Assembly: GCA_963762565.1 (NCBI GenBank)
Contig: CAVXLD010000005.1
Coordinates: 1 to 64,000 of the forward strand
DNA from: an uncultured Verrucomicrobiae bacterium
GTDB taxonomy: Bacteria; Verrucomicrobiota; Verrucomicrobiia; Chthoniobacterales; JAFAMB01
Reading direction: 5' to 3'
DNA length: 64,000 bases
The notes under the pieces: model-generated
What the model saw: only the letters and a program-made list of their open reading frames with translations
What the model was told of the DNA's origin: nothing
The model's database searches: none
Position numbers and translations under genes: made by a program
Part shown: positions 60,034-64,000 of the stretch, piece after piece
How positions within the stretch are numbered: position 1 is the first letter of the stretch
How the letters are laid out: each line of letters starts with the position of its first letter

Positions 60034-62109
60034 ATGAAAGGCTTAGGTAATGTAGTGGACCGGTATTCGCCGGTCCGTTTTGCTCTAGCCGCTGGAACAC
60101 CGCGGCCGTTAGCGTCGGCGCTATTGGGTATTGTGATCTATCTGGTAGTTCCTACCCGGGAAGCAGCGGCGGCATCGCGAGCGATCGTTGATCTCTCGCC
60201 GATGGTTGCCAAATCAATATTGGTCTCGCCCACGGACCTGTCCAAGGAGATCAGCGTGATCTTCGTGTTGCCGCTAAAAGATGGAAAAAGGGCGACAGAG
60301 TTCGCTGAACGTGTTTCTAGCCCCGGCGACGAATTGTACGGGAAATTCCTAACTCCGGACCAATTCGCAGCCGCCTATGGCGCTGATCAAGCCGACTATA
60401 CCGCGATAAAGAATTGGGCCGTTGGTAGCGGGCTTACCATCTCGGAAGACTCGATCAGCCGGACGACGTTAACCGTGACTGGCACGGTTGGACAATTTGA
60501 GTCGCTCTTTAACGCCCAAATCAATAACTATCGGTCGCCGGATGGGGAGGGGTTCTATTCTGTTGGGATTGAGCCGGTAATTCCCGGCAGTATCTCGGAC
60601 AAACTAATCGGCCTGATTGGACTCTCCAGTAGTACGAGGTACGCGCCCCTGATCAAAGTCTACAAGAAACTTAGCGAAACATCGGTTGGCAAAGAAGAAA
60701 CCAATACCCCCGGAGGCAGTGGACCTGGAGGCGCCTATAACGCTGCCGACTTGCACACGGCTTATTTCATTCCCACATCCTTCGGTGGCACCGTTCCGCA
60801 GACAGTGGCCGTATTTGAACAGGGTGGGTTCGCGAAGTCTGACGTCACCAAATACCTGGAAACTAACCATCTACCGCCCGTCCCTGCCGTCTTAAGGGGC
60901 GTAAACGGTTATCGCGGCGGGATTAATGATCCAAACGTGGAGCTCGAAGCCGTGCTGGATATCGACATGGTGATCGGGATGAATCCGGCCGTCCAAAAAG
61001 TGTTGGTGTATGAAGACGGCAAAGATCCGTTCGCGGTTGCGCTGCTCGACGCGTTGAAGGACGTGGCCGACGACAATCTCGTTCAGACCCTGAGCATCTC
61101 TTATGGCACTGATGAGGTGATTCAAGGTAAAAGGCAGGTCGAAGCAGAAGGCCAGGTATTCGTTCAATTGGCGGCGGAAGGGATCACCGTTTTGGTCAGC
61201 GCAGGAGACGACGGCGCTTACGGGCGTAGCGCCCAGGGACTAAACGCGAGTGATCCTGGCGCTCAACCGCTAGTGACTTCGGTCGGCGGAACCACTCTCT
61301 ATACTGCGCCGCACGCCGTGTACCAGGGTGAAGAGGTCTGGAATTTGTTAGGAATCGGCGACGGCGCGACCGGCGGCGGCGTTAGTAAGTATTGGCTCCT
61401 TCCTTCTTGGCAACCTGCCAAAGTCATGACCAAAAACGGGGGATCAGCGACGCACCGTAACTTCCCGGATGTGGCCGCTGTTGCCGACCCGCTAACTGGA
61501 GTCGCTGTTTACTCATCCCTTTTCGGTGGTTGGCAAGAGATTGGCGGAACCAGCGTCTCTGCGCCGCTCTGGGCAGGATTTTTGAGCTCGCTGAACTCGA
61601 GTCGCGAGACCGTTGGTCTAGGGAAGATCGGTTTTTTCAATCCTTTCTTCTACAAAATCGCGCGGGTGAATCAGGCCAATATGCTTAACGATATTCTCGA
61701 CGGGACTAACGGGAACGCAGAGCTGAACCATATTCCTGGCTATAACGCCGGCCCTGGCTACGACGATTGCTCAGGCTGGGGGACAATGATCGGTGAGGAG
61801 TTCGCTTCGGTTTATCTTACCTCACCCATTAAATCCGGAAAGCTTCCAGGTAACTTCGGTGGTGTAACTGGAACCGCGCAAGGTACTTCCGCCAAGCTGT
61901 CTTGGGCTCAGTCGAGTAGTGCAACCGGTTATCTAGTTGAGCTGTTACAAGGAGGATACCCCATCCCGTTCGACTATGTCTCGAAGGGCATCAACATTGA
62001 CCTCACCGGTCTTGCACCTGATACCACCTACGAGGTGCTGGTGTATGCATTGAACCTTAGCGGGTCCACGCAAAGCTCGAATACGATTAATCTTACAACC
62101 GGCGACTGA
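60034..62109 (+). CDS. S53 sedolisin-family protease with pro-domain and C-terminal FN3 domain
   Basis: EAVLD (Glu/Asp), SISYG, SAGDDG, PDVAA, GGTSVSAP (Ser) and GYDDCSGWGT motifs; LTGLAPDTTY FN3 motif. Confidence 0.92.
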   Translation: MKGLGNVVDRYSPVRFALAAGTPRPLASALLGIVIYLVVPTREAAAASRAIVDLSPMVAKSILVSPTDLSKEISVIFVLPLKDGKRATEFAERVSSPGDELYGKFLTPDQFAAAYGADQADYTAIKNWAVGSGLTISEDSISRTTLTVTGTVGQFESLFNAQINNYRSPDGEGFYSVGIEPVIPGSISDKLIGLIGLSSSTRYAPLIKVYKKLSETSVGKEETNTPGGSGPGGAYNAADLHTAYFIPTSFGGTVPQTVAVFEQGGFAKSDVTKYLETNHLPPVPAVLRGVNGYRGGINDPNVELEAVLDIDMVIGMNPAVQKVLVYEDGKDPFAVALLDALKDVADDNLVQTLSISYGTDEVIQGKRQVEAEGQVFVQLAAEGITVLVSAGDDGAYGRSAQGLNASDPGAQPLVTSVGGTTLYTAPHAVYQGEEVWNLLGIGDGATGGGVSKYWLLPSWQPAKVMTKNGGSATHRNFPDVAAVADPLTGVAVYSSLFGGWQEIGGTSVSAPLWAGFLSSLNSSRETVGLGKIGFFNPFFYKIARVNQANMLNDILDGTNGNAELNHIPGYNAGPGYDDCSGWGTMIGEEFASVYLTSPIKSGKLPGNFGGVTGTAQGTSAKLSWAQSSSATGYLVELLQGGYPIPFDYVSKGINIDLTGLAPDTTYEVLVYALNLSGSTQSSNTINLTTGD

Positions 62110-62210
62110 GTAGTTTTAGGCAAGCGCTCCGCTCGTCCTCGGAGTGCTCGCCATCACCCAGGACGCGCCTTCCACCATTCACCTTTCGCGTCCCTCCGCC
62201 CTTCGATCTC

Positions 62211-62521
62211 AACGGTTTCGTGAAACTTGCTGTAATCGACGGTATACCGTCCGATGGCATCTTCCGCATCGATCTCCACGAACCGGTGGTTCCAAGCGAT
62301 ATGTTCGTGGATATACTCCGTCTGGGTTTGCACCGAAGCTTGAATCACCGGATCGATGCAAACAATCGATGCCAGCATGCGCCTCTCGGTCAGCTTCAAG
62401 TGTTCGGCGGTTAGACCAAATAACGGACTGATCTGATCGATTACATGCCGGACCGTTAGTGCTTTTTTCTCGTATTGACTTTGACAAGCTCGCGATGCCC
62501 AGATCGGACCGTGATTGGGGT
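62211..62521 (-). pseudogene. Internally deleted KirBac paralogue remnant
   Basis: 62211-62462 matches the 3' end and 62473-62521 the 5' end of 51063-51944; the pore region is absent. Confidence 0.85.
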
Positions 62522-62618
62522 CCGGGCAAAGGCATCGATGCGAAAATATGCCTTTGATGGCCGCTCTAGGACGACTAGAGCGGCCGTGGGTAGGGTTAGC
62601 AGCCGTTACGAATGCAGG

Positions 62619-64000
62619 CTAGTTGGTCTGAGTTGGGATCACGACAACTTGGACGCCGCCATCGTTTACATAAGGTACGACATCGTAGTTCGGATCCGGG
62701 TCAACCGTCACGACGCACGACTGATGACCGGCATCTTCGTTGAGGTCCGCGATCGAATCCAATTTTATCGACGTCGTCACCAACGATTTGCCGGCCGGAA
62801 TCACGACTTGTACCAAATGGCTGGTAGCAGATCGATCCCTCTTCGCGTGATCAGTCACTCTGATATACACTGTGAGAGCCTGAGTGATGTCACCGGTCCG
62901 CGATACCAAAAACGAGGCTGACACTTCTTTAGAGCCAAAAGTCAACGGAGCGCTTGCTCGTTGTAGGCGGATTTGAGGCAGGGCCGGCGCGAAGAAAGCT
63001 CCGTGCGGGCTAATAAAACCAGTCACAATTGGCGTGACTTGGCCACTGATCAGGTCGGTTCTCACCAAAGTACCGTCACTGTTGCTGGCCGAGAACGCGG
63101 AATTCGGCGGGATCGCGTTACTGGTCACAGCATAGATGACGTTCGCTGTGGTATCGGCGACGTAAATCGTGCCAGTCGTTGCCGAAGGAAAGACGGTGTC
63201 GTCCACCTGTACCTGATTGGTGGTACCATCGCTCAGGTGGAGGCGAAAGCCGGCTTGATTTGGGAACCCGGGTCCACGAAGGAAAATGAGATCACCGTCA
63301 GCTTGGCTATCCAACACAAGATCACCGGAAGGATCGATTGTCAGGGAGTCCGGATCAGATTGCGGAGACACAGTCGGCTGGCCAGTCGCGATATCGGTCA
63401 ACGTGGCGTTTCCCAACACGACGGGTGCTACATAAATCTTGTTTCCGACGACCGTCGCACTGACGATTGAGGGATAGATGTTTTGGCCCTGAGCATTGAG
63501 TTTCGGGTTGGATGCACTCAGGAATACCTGGTCGTTGACGAAGACGACATCGTCGTATCCGCCGCCATGGAGGGGGGCATTGGCGTAAACAAGATCTGTC
63601 GACGATCCGTTGGTGATGTCGAAGACGGTCACTGCGGGGTTAGCATCCTGGTTTCGGAGTGCCCAAAGGGTGTCATCGAACGGATTGTATTTAAGACCGT
63701 CGTTTGAACCAGGTACTGGTGCCAAAAGCCGGATAACCTGGCCAGTGGAAGAATATTGAACGATGTTACTGTTCCCAACGCTGCCATCCGGTGCTGCATT
63801 ATTAGTGTAGGACACGAAAACATAACCGAGGTGACTAGCGATTGAATCGGGATTCGTGAACCCGACGGCTGTACCCGTCGCAAACACGGAAACGCTGTAG
63901 TCTGGGTTGACTGAGGTCGGGGTGGCCCCGAGTTGTTGGTAGGACACAGCTGATAAAGCTGCCAAGCAGATAACCGAAGAGATGACACCGGTTCTCGCGA
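62619..64000 (-). CDS. Secreted beta-rich hypothetical protein with Calx-beta-like C-terminus; 5' end beyond window
   Basis: Frame is open to the window edge; signal-like N-terminus; NPDSI, DGLK, HGGGYDD and DPDSL repeats; C-terminal VSRTGD...VVIPAG. Confidence 0.7.
   Translation of the reverse strand, partial: ARTGVISSVICLAALSAVSYQQLGATPTSVNPDYSVSVFATGTAVGFTNPDSIASHLGYVFVSYTNNAAPDGSVGNSNIVQYSSTGQVIRLLAPVPGSNDGLKYNPFDDTLWALRNQDANPAVTVFDITNGSSTDLVYANAPLHGGGYDDVVFVNDQVFLSASNPKLNAQGQNIYPSIVSATVVGNKIYVAPVVLGNATLTDIATGQPTVSPQSDPDSLTIDPSGDLVLDSQADGDLIFLRGPGFPNQAGFRLHLSDGTTNQVQVDDTVFPSATTGTIYVADTTANVIYAVTSNAIPPNSAFSASNSDGTLVRTDLISGQVTPIVTGFISPHGAFFAPALPQIRLQRASAPLTFGSKEVSASFLVSRTGDITQALTVYIRVTDHAKRDRSATSHLVQVVIPAGKSLVTTSIKLDSIADLNEDAGHQSCVVTVDPDPNYDVVPYVNDGGVQVVVIPTQTN

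Overview
A GC-rich bacterial chromosomal window. The repeat style and the ECF/Ser-Thr kinase genes suggest a soil PVC-superphylum organism such as Verrucomicrobiota; this is an inference only. The first ~33 kb is a patchwork of mostly monocistronic metabolic, transport and regulatory genes: an MscS channel, ECF42 + YCII/DGPF, a hydroxyacid dehydrogenase, an HpcH aldolase, an MFS transporter, zwf, a tarD-like enolase, a Gfo/Idh/MocA pair, a lipase, a metallophosphoesterase, mmsA and a transaldolase. Their intergenic spaces are crowded with several families of short palindromic or tandem repeats that nest inside one another. One of these families also occurs as six in-frame copies inside the MscS gene. 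Mobile DNA comprises a MITE abutting an IS630, an IS4-family element carrying a divergent AbrB-like gene, and a decayed ISL3 between 425-bp direct repeats. The most interesting part is 35.7-41.8 kb, a candidate new RiPP-like system. It has one or two tandem Pro/Lys/Arg-rich peptides, a TIGR03975-like radical SAM C-methyltransferase and an Fe(II)/2OG oxygenase, transcribed divergently from an uncharacterised EYCEW/RNSDP protein and a DyP peroxidase. Next come an ECF sigma factor coupled to a frameshifted kinase-DUF4062-STAND-TM-TPR receptor and an intact kinase-less paralogue, then a KirBac channel, small secreted proteins, a PepP and a second S53 protease. No rRNA, tRNA or CRISPR array was recognised. 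All family calls rest on motif recognition by eye, not database searches.
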